Shown in pieces: positions 52,852 through 64,000 of a stretch of DNA of 64,000 nucleotides (within the stretch, counting starts at the first letter, position 1; the number at the start of each line of letters is the position of its first letter). The position numbers were made by a program, and so were the translations under genes. A model generated the notes under the pieces. The model saw nothing but the letters and a program-made list of their open reading frames with translations. It did no database searches and was not told the DNA's origin. The DNA comes from Camelus ferus (Eukaryota), in assembly GCF_009834535.1 (NCBI RefSeq), contig NC_045697.1, forward strand, positions 90,212,001-90,276,000. Direction: 5' to 3'.

Positions 52852-53929
52852 CTGGAAAGACACACAATGCCTGCATCTTATAAATACCATAACCACAGCC
52901 AATGGAGGAACCGTGGACACTGGGCTCTCTCCAGACAAATGAATGAACAGACTGAAAGCTGCAAGGTTTACACCAATACTACTCTCTCCCTTGGAAGAGA
53001 ATGCAAGTCCTTATAGGGAAACATGAGGAGAGAAATATGTTTTCTCCCTCGTGCAAAAGAGCAGAATAAACTGACAAAATATTTTAATTTTCTCCAGTGA
53101 CCTGGTTGAAGAGTTTGAAACTAACATCAATTTCAGACAGTATTCTCCAGCATATTTTGTTGTCTAAAGATCCATTCTATCCTGTGTATAGATTTTTATG
53201 AAGTAATGCTGCAGCTTTTACCCAATGTGAACTATAACTAAACACTGATATCCATTATATATCTTAGTTTCTAATACAGTGAACAAAACACACTTTTCTA
53301 TCATAAGTAGGCAGTTATTTTTCAAAATAGAAAACTAACTTGGTTGCGACATATGTGGGAGGTAATAAAGGACAACAAAATGAGAAGACTGGTTAGGAAC
53401 CTGGCTGAAGGACTGGGCAATGGAAATTACTTCTGGACCTTATTTCACGATGACTAACTCTTAGAGATTGGCTCCCATGCAACATGGAGCGCAAATATTT
53501 GAGCATCATATTTTGCTTTCAAACTATTGTTATCTCTGTTACATCCAAATCACATATAACCTCAAATGCTAAAATCCCCAAGAGGGATTAAAAGCATAAA
53601 GGTGAAATCATACTACTGTGCAAAGGGTTCCACATTGTAAAATTGAGAAAAAAGAACTGCCTGAATTTTAATTTCCTTAACTATAAAGCAATATCTCCAA
53701 AGTCATTCTCAATCTAAAATTCTGTAATTCTAAAACCATTTCACATAGCTAAATTTTACAAGATAGTGTTTAGTTTATCTTGAATACATATAATAGCAGG
53801 AACGTTAATCAGTTTTTGATAAGGAGCCAATGTGGACCATTCTGTTTCATTTCATTACATAGTATATGGTTTTGTCCAATTGTTTAGTTAATATAGCTAA
53901 ACACACACAGAGTCCTTGGAATTCTGATT

Positions 53930-54865
53930 CTTTTCGTGATCCCATCTAGTTCCATGCCTTTAAATGCTGTCTATTTGTGTACAATCTCCTTTCCAGACTT
54001 CCCTGAACTCCAGACTCATTCCATTTCCTACTTAGTATCTCCTAGATCTAAATAGAGATAAAGACACAATACATATCCAGGAATAATCTAAAATTTAGAT
54101 ATTTATATCCAAAATATAATGTGCATGCCCAAAACCAAACTTTTACTTTCCCTTCCCAATACCACAAATATGCTTGTATGGATGTTTTCCTCATCCCAAT
54201 AAATGACAAGTCTAAATTCTGAATTAATTAGCACCTCCCCACAAATGGTGGAATTATTCCTGACATTCCTCTTTCTCCTACACACCACATCCAAACAAAT
54301 CCTTTCAGCTCTGCCTTTGAAATATATGCAAAACTTGACCACTTCTTACTATCTCCACAGTTACTACCCTAGACCAAGGTAGAATCTCTTCTCCTACACT
54401 CTTAAAACAGACTCCTATTAATTTAGCTACTTCTACCCTTGACTCCCCTGAAGACTTTTCTTCATATAGTGGCCAGAGGAATCCTTTTATCATGCAGGAT
54501 GGGCCACAGGACTCCTCTGCTCAGAACCCTCCAATGGCTTCCACTCAGTTCATAAGCAACTCTTGTCTGGAGGTCTCTAATTCATTTAGTTTGGCCTCCT
54601 GCTCCTCTTTGACCTCAGCAGCTTCTATTCTGCTCTCACTCAATGTATTCCAGCCAAATATCCTGATTAATTTTCCTTTATAACAGCTATCATCATGTGG
54701 GACATATTATACACTTACTTTTGGTTTCTGTTCTCCTTCTCTCCTGAAATGTAAACTCTAACAGTCAAGAGTTGTTTGTTTTGTGTAAGACTACATCCTC
54801 ACAGACAAGAATGTTGTCCAGAAATAGCACATGACCAAAAGTATTGTAAAATAAATGAATAAATA
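53930..54865 (+). mobile_element. L2a 3' fragment
   Basis: ccctgaactccagactc, catgcccaaaaccaaact, tcagctctgcctt..aaatata, ctctgctcagaaccctccaatggcttcc, and tail aaatgaataaat. Confidence 0.85.
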
Positions 54866-54899
54866 AAATAGCTTCTACTTCACAAAGTTTTGTGTTTTG

Positions 54900-55560
54900 C
54901 ACATAAATCTTTTGAGAAACATAAAAAGAAGAAAAAATAGACTGGGAAAATTGTGCAGGAGCCAAGGTATAAAGGATTAATATGTTTATCATATAAAGAA
55001 TTCCTACAAATCAATAAGAAAACACAAAGACCAGAACAGTATCTAAGATACTGTATTCACTGACACTTGTTTTACATTTCTATTGACTTTCCAAGTGCTG
55101 AATTCTCTGCCAGGAATATCCTTTTTCCCTTCTTTGTCTTGTAAACTCTCAACCATACTTATAAGCACAGATTAAATAGTACTTTTTCATAATATCCTGA
55201 ACAAAATAAATACAAGTGACAAGAACATATAATGTGCTTCAAATTCCTAGTAATAAAAATGTAAAATAAAATAAATAATTTTCATTAAGTTAAAATACTC
55301 AGTTAAAACCTGATGCTGATGAGTTATATACTAAAGCTGATAGTCTCATATATTGTTTGCTAGTGAAATTAAAAATTGTAACACACTTTTGATAAGCAAT
55401 TTAGTAATATGTTTGAATACACTCATCAGATTGTTTAAAAGAGCAGAATATTAGAAAAAGTTAAAAAGGAAAATGGTATGCATTTATTTAGTATATTATG
55501 GTATGTCTATTTAAGCTATGTTTATACACATAATGTTGTAAAGTGAAAAAAAAAGTGTTA
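54900..55560 (+). mobile_element. Decayed L1ME fragments
   Basis: tataaagaattcctacaaatcaataagaaaa; ctagtaataaaaatgtaaaataaa. Confidence 0.55.
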
Positions 55561-56789
55561 ATGATACATTAATCAGGAAAAAAAAAATCTCCTCCTAGAC
55601 ACATTTATTTGGAGTTTGTGAATTATGCTGTCACTACCTCTGAATCCATGACATTGTGAGCCCCACCCATTCTCATCCCTACACAATGTCCTATTGGTAC
55701 CGCCATAGGCCCCAACAGCATTACAGCCTAACAGAGCTAGTGCAGCACAGCTGTCTCCTTCTCTAAAACTGAACAACATCAGCAGATGTACCACGGTATT
55801 CATTAGTTTATGACAGTGGACGTCCATCCTGATGTAAGATGTACATCCATATTTAACACCCTGGAATCTCAAGCCAGAAAAACCACTGTTATTCGGGGTA
55901 GCACAGTATTTAAAGGAAAACATGTACAAAAAGATTACTGTAGATGATACTGAAGGTCTGATTAGAAGGCATAAAATTCTAGACCCAGGGCACCAGTCAG
56001 AATTCCTATTAGTTTTAAGACCTGTCACTGGAGAATGATGAAAAAGGATTAATGGAAACTAACTAGCAGCTACTGACACTGAAGCTCCTATATTCAAAAG
56101 ATTATCAGGAAATTCTGATTAGATACCAAACATATTCTAGGTTCACACCCTTTACACAATATTTCTGAATCACGTGGTAGGAGATGTAGAAAATCAAGCT
56201 GTTCTACAGCTCTAGTATTTATTTTTATTTTTAGCTTTTCATATTTGTTTATTTTTTAAAAAATCCAGAATAGAACAAAAAGAACAATCATTAAAGATAC
56301 AGGTACCAGACACAGGCCAAAGGGTAGCTAGAAAAGTGTGTCCCAGGAAAGTTTGGGAGCCTTTTGTTTTAAAAGCTGGAACTAACATAAATAGCTAGCT
56401 TAGTTTTCCATTGATCTAGCTTCCCCTGACCTACCTCCCAACATGGCACAGCTGACTTGCTTTGCAAGGCCAATTCTGGTCTTTATTAAACCCTTCTGTC
56501 CTTTGCTTTAGAAAACATACTTTGAATTACAGTTCCTTGGAGCCTAGGGGCCATAGGACAGCATATTAATTACAGTGTACTATTATTAAATGCATTATTT
56601 CAGAACCACATCTGTAGGCAGATTTGTTTATACTGTGAAAGCGTGCCCTCAACCTGTTCTGCCTAATTACTTTATAGCCTGTGGAGTTGCCCTCCCTCAA
56701 TATGCTAAGCTGAAAAAATTCAATCATACCTTTTCTGAGTAAGGGGAGTACTAGCAGTTCTCCGCTGAGGAACAAAATCATGGAGCCAT

Positions 56790-59760
56790 ATATTTTTCCA
56801 GATGTATCAAGATAAGTTGGAAGAGTGAATGTGACGTGATCATGAAGAAATTTTTGAAAAAGAGAAGTATTTTAAAATTTGCTGTACCATAAAACAGAAA
56901 TATAATGTACATGGAAACATAATATTGCTACTGAAATAGAAAACTAGAGCAACAGAACAAAATCACAGCCTAGAAACAGAAATACACATACTTAATGTGT
57001 GTTCATATGTGCTAGATAGAGACATAAATGTTTGGTTAAGGTGATATTTGAAATCAGAGGTAAAAGAAGTTAGGAACAAGTGGCAATTGCATGTGCATTT
57101 AGAAGAAATAAAGTTTACAGTCTCACATTACATTAGAGACAATTAAGATTTCCAGAAAGATTAAAGAGAAACATTTTTTAAACTATAAAAGTGAAGACTT
57201 AAAGGTCTCTAATTTTTTCCTTATACTTTTGACAGTTTAAAAATACACACTTATCTCATATCAATGAAACAGAATAGGGAGTCCCAAAACAGACCTACAT
57301 TTCTATGGTCAATTTATTTTTGACAAGCACCAAGGCAATTCAAAGGAGAAATGAGCCTTTTCAATGGTACTGGCACAAGTATCTATATTCAAAAAAATGT
57401 ACTTCAATCAATAGCACACACCATTTACAAAAATTAACTTGAAATAGGATACAGCCTAAGTGTAACCAAAAGTATAAAATTACCAGAAGACAACATAGAG
57501 AAAATCTTGGTGACTTTGGGATCGATTTCTTACATAGAACACAAAAAGCACAAATTATGTAAGAATGAAAAGCTGGACTATACCAAAATTAAATGTGTTG
57601 CTCTTTCATAGACACTATTAAGACACTGTTAAGGAAATGAAGAAGCAAGCCACAGGCTGGGAGAAAATATCAGCAAAGCATATATTTGACAAAAGATTAC
57701 AAAATATAAACTATAAAAACATCTTATAACTCAATAATATGAATATAAACAACACAATTTCAAATGGGCTATAGATTTAAACAGGCAATGTACCAAAAGA
57801 AATATATACATGGCAAATAAAGCACGAAAAGACACTCAACATCATTAGTCATTAGGGAAATGCAAATAAAACCACAACGAGATAAACCACAGCACACCCA
57901 TTAGAATGGATAAAATTCAAACTAACAAAACCAAATTTTGGCAAGGATTGGAACCACCTGGAACTCAAACTGCTGGTAGAGATGCAAAATATAAAACTAT
58001 TTTGGAAAATGGTTTGGCAGTATCTTATGAAGCTAAACACACACTTACCATTTGACCCAACAATTCTACTCTAGAGTATTTACCCAAGAGAAAGGAAAAT
58101 ACATGTCCACATAAAGACTTGAATTTGAATAACCATAGGTGACTTATTCATAGCAATCACCAAGTGGAACAATTCAAATGTCAATCCTCTTTGAATAAAT
58201 AAATTGTAGTATGCTCATATGATGAAACATTAATCAGCAATAAAAGAAACATCTACCTGATACACTCAATAACACGGGAATCTCAAAACACTATGCTAAG
58301 TGAAATAACGTCAGACACAAAAAAGATCACATACGATACGTTCATTTATACAAAATTTAAAACTATAGTGTTAAAAATAGGCCAGCAGTTGCCAGGAGCC
58401 AAGCACAGTAGGAGGCAATTAACCACAAAGGGAGATAAAAGATTTGGGGGGGGGGGTTATGTAAATGTCTTATATCATGATTATAATGGTGATTACATAT
58501 AGTATATGTATGTTAAAACTCATCAAAACTTTAATAAATTTGATTACTTTATAATTTAAATGATACCTCAATAAAGTTGATTTTTAAAATATATCAGGAT
58601 GGAAGATTTGAAACAGTCATTACGTACTGATCACATGTTTATTTACACAGAAACCCCAAGGGAATTTATCAAGATGGTATTGAAATAAGTAAGTAACATC
58701 AACATTATTGTTGACAATTCAATAAGACTATCTGACAAAATATAAAACCTTGATATACTATAATCAATTTGAAAGTGCAACATAACAAAGAAATCCATGA
58801 GAAAAAATCTTTCAAAGAAAACATATACAAATAACTTCATAAATTTAAGGCTAGAATTTATTTACATGATAAAAATAATTTATAAATGTGGAATAATACA
58901 CATAAAGAATTCTAAGAAAGCAAAAAGAACGCAAATCATCCCAAAGGGAAAATAAGAAAATTAAGAGACAAACCCAAATATATCTGGCAAATATTTGTCC
59001 ACAAAGTTGCTTGACCTTACTAATAATGAGAAATGATGTGAAATAAAACAGAACATACCATATTATTTCATACCCATTATAATAGCAAAAATTTAAAAGT
59101 CTATCAATACTTGGCAAGGATGTAGGGCCATAAAGTGTCCCATTTATTCAGATTAGGAGTGTAAAATGACATTGGAGAGCAGTCTTGGAATTTCTAGTAG
59201 CATTTACAATGGCTCAGTAATTCTAATCAGATACATAATCTAGAAAAACTCTAACACATATGTCCCAGACAACAATCTTTTCCAGACAAGTAGTTATGTT
59301 CACCACATCCTGGTTTGTTTTTACAAAATTCTAGAAACATCCTATACACTCATCAGTAGGGGAATGGACAAATTAGATACACCAATGAATACTATATAAC
59401 CAATAAGATGAATAAATTAAATCTAAATATGTCCACATAAATAGACCACAAAACAATACTGAATAAGAAAGCAAATTGTGGAGTAATATGTGAAGCATAT
59501 TCACATCCAGACAAATATTTCTAATATGCACAAAGTACAGTTGTATTATTTATGATGCACGAGCCAGCCATAAGGATATATTCTAAATTCATGATAGTAG
59601 TTGACTCTGGGGGGAAAAAGCAAAAGAGCATTATTTTAATAATAAAAACTTAAGAAAAAATAAAAACAATAAATGTTAAAGAAAAAACAATATTTCTTAA
59701 TTCTAGATGGTATTATATTGTTCTTATATTTTTCTATATTTACTAAAATTTTCACAAAAT
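56790..59760 (+). mobile_element. Old L1 cluster: an L1MB/MC-type ORF2 3' half and 3'UTR (about 57260-58590) amid L1ME fragments
   Basis: tatggtcaatttatttttgacaa, gaagcaagccacaggctgggagaaaatat, tcaacatcattagtcattagggaaatgcaaat, tttacccaagagaaa, tacctcaataaagttga. No open ORF2. Confidence 0.85.
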
Positions 59761-59841
59761 ATGCTACTTGAACACCTGGGCACCTGAGAGCCTAAATATG
59801 AGTAAGACATACTTCTTGTTCTAAAGAAAACTGCACCCTTA

Positions 59842-60175
59842 TATCAGTGAGCTATTATTGCAATAAGAAGTACCTTAAAACTCAGTGGCTTTAAAGATTA
59901 TTTATTCTCCTATATCTGAGCTCAGCTGAAGATCTGCAGATTAAACCTGCACTTCTTGGGGAGAATCTACCCTACTCCATAGTGAACACAGGGCTAACAT
60001 AGGCATGTCCTGTTTGTGGGATGGCAGAGGTGCTAAAAAAGAGAGAGAGAGAGAGAAACACATGGGGCATTCTGAAGCCTAGGCTTGCTTTTAACTGGCA
60101 CGTGGTCATTCCACCGAATTTTATCTGACAAAGGAATTCACATGACCAAACCCAACTTCAAACAGGGGGAAAGAT
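59842..60175 (-). mobile_element. Old MLT1(J/K/L)-type LTR fragment
   Basis: tatcagtgagctattattgcaataa...aaaactcagtggctttaa...cacatgaccaaacccaa. Confidence 0.6.
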
Positions 60176-60852
60176 GAAACAGCAGCCTAATTTCTATATT
60201 AATTCTTTCACTGTACTTTTACTATGTTCACTCATTCCTTCTTCTCTCGCTCTCTTCTTAGTCTTAAATTTCTCACTAACATATCATTCCTAGCTAAAAG
60301 AGAACTAAAAGAACTTTGGGCCTTAAGGTTTAGGTTTGTAAAAGTTATAAAGAGATTCTTCAGGTGATAGTTAATCCTGAATGTAGGTCAAAAATAGCCA
60401 CTTTTCTCATAATCAGATATTTCCAAAGGAAAATATATGAAAATAGCCAAATTTTCCTTCTTCCGATTCAACTTTAAATGAGCAGAATTAAATTTATTTA
60501 TGGTAAATTCCATTATGTTTCTAATTAAATTACCATGCCACAATAGTATAAACACAGTTAAGAGCAAATAAACATCACTAATTCTTGTTCTTGCTTTAAA
60601 AAATTTAAGGTAAACCAATGAGAAAAATGTCTATAATAAAGAAAATAAAGACCACCAATACCTTATGCTTGTATAGCATGTTAGGTGGGCAGTTATTAAT
60701 TTATTAACATTTTATAGATGAGGACTTGAGGTACAAAGAAATTAAAGTAATTTTTGAGTAAAAACACAAAGCCTTGGATCAGAATATATTTTAACTTCTT
60801 TCTCAGGACTCTCTCCACAATATCAAGCTGTGAAATAGATGAACATGCATAC

Positions 60853-60906
60853 CTTGCTCTAAATCCAAGAAGATACCAGTCAAAGATGGCAGCTGTCTGA
60901 ACAAGC
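60853..60906 (-). other. Candidate exon (54 nt)
   Basis: Acceptor ctctggtctctttaatcag|gc and donor aag|gtatgc. Length is divisible by 3; open frames LFRQLPSLTGIFLDLEQ and LVQTAAIFDWYLLGFRA, neither recognised. Confidence 0.5.
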
Positions 60907-61305
60907 CTGATTAAAGAGACCAGAGTTTCACCCCTCAAGTCTTTCTGGCTCCACCTCTCAAGCGTATAATTTTCCAAAAGCCTCTGCTTAAGAAGAGTTA
61001 TTTTAATTGTCAGTTTTTTTCTATTTGACATATATTTTTAGCAAAAAATTTATAACTCATCCATATCAGTCTCTAATTTTTATTTAATCATCTTACTTCC
61101 ATAAATATTCATGTTATCATCTGCTGCTTTCCTCCTGAGCCATACTGTTTCTGTTTTCTGGGAGTATCCCAATGTTTATTACAGTATATTTTGCAGTATT
61201 ATGATTTCTAACAGTAGGAAAAAACACCAGTTATGAAGTAGATAATTTAAAAAAAAAAAAAAAAAAGGTTTTCCAATTTTTCCTTACAGTTGAACTTTCC
61301 AGTCC

Positions 61306-61848
61306 TGTGATGGTTAATTTTACATGTCAACTTGAGTGGACTACATCATGCCCAGATATTTGGTTAAACAATATTTCTGGGTGTGTCTATGAGGATGTTT
61401 CTGGATGAGATTAACATTTGAATCTGTAGAGTGAAGAGTAAGGAAAGCAGACTGCCCTTCCCAGTGTGGGTGGCCTCATTCAATCCACTGAAGGCCTGGA
61501 TAAAACAGAAGTCTGAGGAAGAAAAATTCTGTCTTTGAGCTGGAACATTGGTCTTTTCCTGCCTTCCAACTCAGATTCTGACTACAACTTTCACCTTCAG
61601 CCCTCTTGGTTCCCAGGCCTTCAGGCTTGACTGGAACAGGCTCTCCTGGGTCTGGACTACTCAGCCTCCATAATTATGTGAGCCAACATCTTACTTTATT
61701 TATTTATAAAAAGTTTGTATACTTAGTATACACATACATATATGAATTGGCTGGCTAGGTAGATAGACAGAAAGATATTAATAGTTATATAGAGAGATAC
61801 GGAGATTAGAGATAATGTCCTATTTCTCTTGAGAATCCTGACCACATA
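61306..61848 (+). mobile_element. MLT2 (ERVL) solo LTR
   Basis: tgtgatggttaattttacatgtcaacttga...atttctgggtgtgtct.tgagg.tgtttctggatgagattaacatttgaat...gagaatcctgac. Confidence 0.9.
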
Positions 61849-62054
61849 AGTCTCAAAACAGAATCTTAAAAAAGTCCATAGCTGACTTCTTGAGTACCAA
61901 TCAGCTAATACCCTGGGCTATTAATTTATTTGCATAAGAATTTTGGTTTTTAATTAACTGACAAAGTGGCAGAAGGCCAAATTAATAATAATTTAGTATT
62001 TAATATCAAATGATAGAATATTAGAACAAAAAAAAAGTACAGGTTATCTGAATT

Positions 62055-62200
62055 CATCCACTTCATTGCACACATGAGAAAAAAAATTATAAAGTTTAAA
62101 TGATTCACTTGCCTTGGCCAAAGGTAGTTAAAGACAAAAATGGAATCAAACACAAGTCTCCAGATTGCATTTACTCATCTTCTTTCCACTGCATTACACT
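62055..62200 (-). mobile_element. MIR SINE relic
   Basis: tttaaatgattcacttgcc...caaaaatggaatcaaacacaagtctcc. Confidence 0.5.
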
Positions 62201-64000
62201 GTTATTTTTATAGCTGAAGTTATAGTTCAACTTGAGGTCTCTGCACTTTTTTTCATGGCCTCTCACTACAAACATATGAATACTGGAAGATGGCTAGTTG
62301 AATGCAGGAGTGTATTCAGCTCCCATGAAATGAAGTTTAACCCTATCAGCAGCAATCAGCCAGCCACACATAGCTACTAATCATTGATACTGAATGAATT
62401 ACATTCACAAGGCAAAAGCTTTCCAATATAAAATTACAGACGGTCATAAGCAAAGAACGGAATATATTTCACTGCCTCTATATTTACCTAACCTCAAAAT
62501 ATTTTTCCAAATTTCTAAAGGAAAATTTCTTCCTTTTTGGAATAATTTCACAGTGAATCACAAGAGGAAATATTACGAAATTTGATTAACTCCACAATTC
62601 AAAGTAAGAAAGGGAGATTTAGGATGCGTGACTGAGGGCAAAGGGCAAACACCCTGAAGGAAAAACCATGCAGAAACTGAGAAATATCAAGGAAATGTTC
62701 ACATGCTTTCACCAAAGGAAATTTAATGCTACTCATATGGGGATTTGGAACTCAGGATAGAACTCAGATTACTAACACTGACTGGATGCTGTCCATTTGA
62801 AATTCTAGGTTCAAATACTATAAGTAGAAGATCATTTATCAAGAATTTTCAGGACTTAACTTATTCAAGATTATAAAATCACATGAGTTAGGTATCAGCA
62901 ATGTAAAAAATATGATCCTCTCTCCAACATCTTCTAGATGCATTCTCTTAATTTCCAGTCCATTAAATGAATAAGAAATACACACAAACATATATATTTA
63001 CACAATTACAGTTCACCATAATTGCTGGAATTATGATATCAGCACACACCCTGAATTGTACTCCAACTATCACCATTATGGGTTATCATTTTAAAATCCT
63101 TTTACAATTCCTTTGCATGCTTCTCATGTCTACCCTCAGTCAAAAGAAAAACAAGAATCCCCATATCACTTCTACATTGATTTTAGAGAGCAGTAATTTT
63201 TTCCTACTGTAAATTTCTGTTCATCATGTGGTTTTCTTATCAAAGCATTAGCAATGACCAGTGATCAAAGAAAAATGGGGCTTAATTTTTCTGGAGAAGT
63301 AGAATTAAGCCTTGAATCTTACCACTTGCAATGCTTTTTCTTATTATTATTGGCTATGATCAGATTTTTTATGAGTTTCACATGGCATTTTTTACTTAAT
63401 ACAAATTAGTACCCTCTACTGCAATCAATGTGTTTTTACACAGACTTCTCCACTTCTGCTACCAAATAATCAGGTCAGCAGTTATCAGCTTGAGAACCAG
63501 CCTTAGTCATCCCATTCTCCACTTGCCTAATTGTTTCTTGCTCATAAGCTCCACTCCTCCTTACTTTTTTCCCAATTACACTGTGACTCCTGTCTTTCCT
63601 CCTACAGTGTAGTTCTTGTCACTACAAAAAGATGTAAAGATATCTTTCTGTCTACCTTCTCACTTCTGAGTGATTCTAAATTCTCCTTCTACCCCTTTTC
63701 TTGGCTCATCTCATTTTCGTTACTCCATCTCCAATTTGAAGAGATCTTGTTATTTTATATGATTTTAGATAATTCTGATGAGTAAGTTATTTTGTTCTTT
63801 TAAAGAAGCAGCTTCTTTTTAGCAAGCAGCAAAAAAATAAAAATGAAATTTTAATAAGTTAATAACAAGCTCTCTATATACACATTTTTCAAAGCTTTGG
63901 CCAATTAGTTCAGCTACAATCACTTATACTTCATAAATAAAAATGTTTCATTATTTTCCTAAAATAAACTTTCTTATAAGATTCAGCCTAAAAGGGGTGA

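Noticed and set aside
55573..56028. Longest ORF (151 aa, minus)
   Set aside because: It has a non-ATG start, no recognisable domain and no clear splice context; this length is plausible by chance.
1..64000. CRISPR array, operon or other prokaryote-type system
   Set aside because: The sequence is mammalian, with no regularly spaced repeats or dense ORFs.

Overview
AT-rich, CpG-depleted placental mammal DNA, almost certainly a camelid (alpaca, llama or camel), based on a tRNA-Ala-derived Vic-1-type SINE at 38852-38988. No intact protein-coding ORF is supported. The listed ORFs are either chance or decayed retroviral frames (MaLR ORF, ERVL dUTPase, ERV1 gag/pro/RNaseH/IN). The window looks like intronic sequence of a large minus-strand transcription unit. 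It has a series of short AG..GT-flanked candidate exons (54, 64, 59, 63, 44, 104 nt, plus weaker ones) with no recognisable protein, so a long non-coding 5' leader or an lncRNA is likely; the host gene was not identified. Main repeat structures: (1) a two-LTR class I ERV (42564-48045, minus) with a GATT target duplication, inserted in an L2, lacking its RT core and carrying a Tigger1-derived element; (2) a decayed ERVL/LTR33-type provirus (about 11443-15945) carrying a MER21/MER77-type LTR; (3) an MLT1A LTR with internal sequence; (4) many L1, L2, MIR, MLT and MER relics. The most unusual direct observations are two short, nearly perfect copies of sequence lying about 1 kb away (94 bp and 67 bp, the latter bracketed by a perfect 15-bp inverted repeat), an L1 made of 5'UTR fused to its 3' end, and a sense-oriented LTR with CCAAT/TATA and a splice donor upstream of the candidate exons. 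I see no evidence for a new multi-gene system. Repeat family names are from recall of consensus sequences, not from a search, and boundaries of old repeats are approximate.
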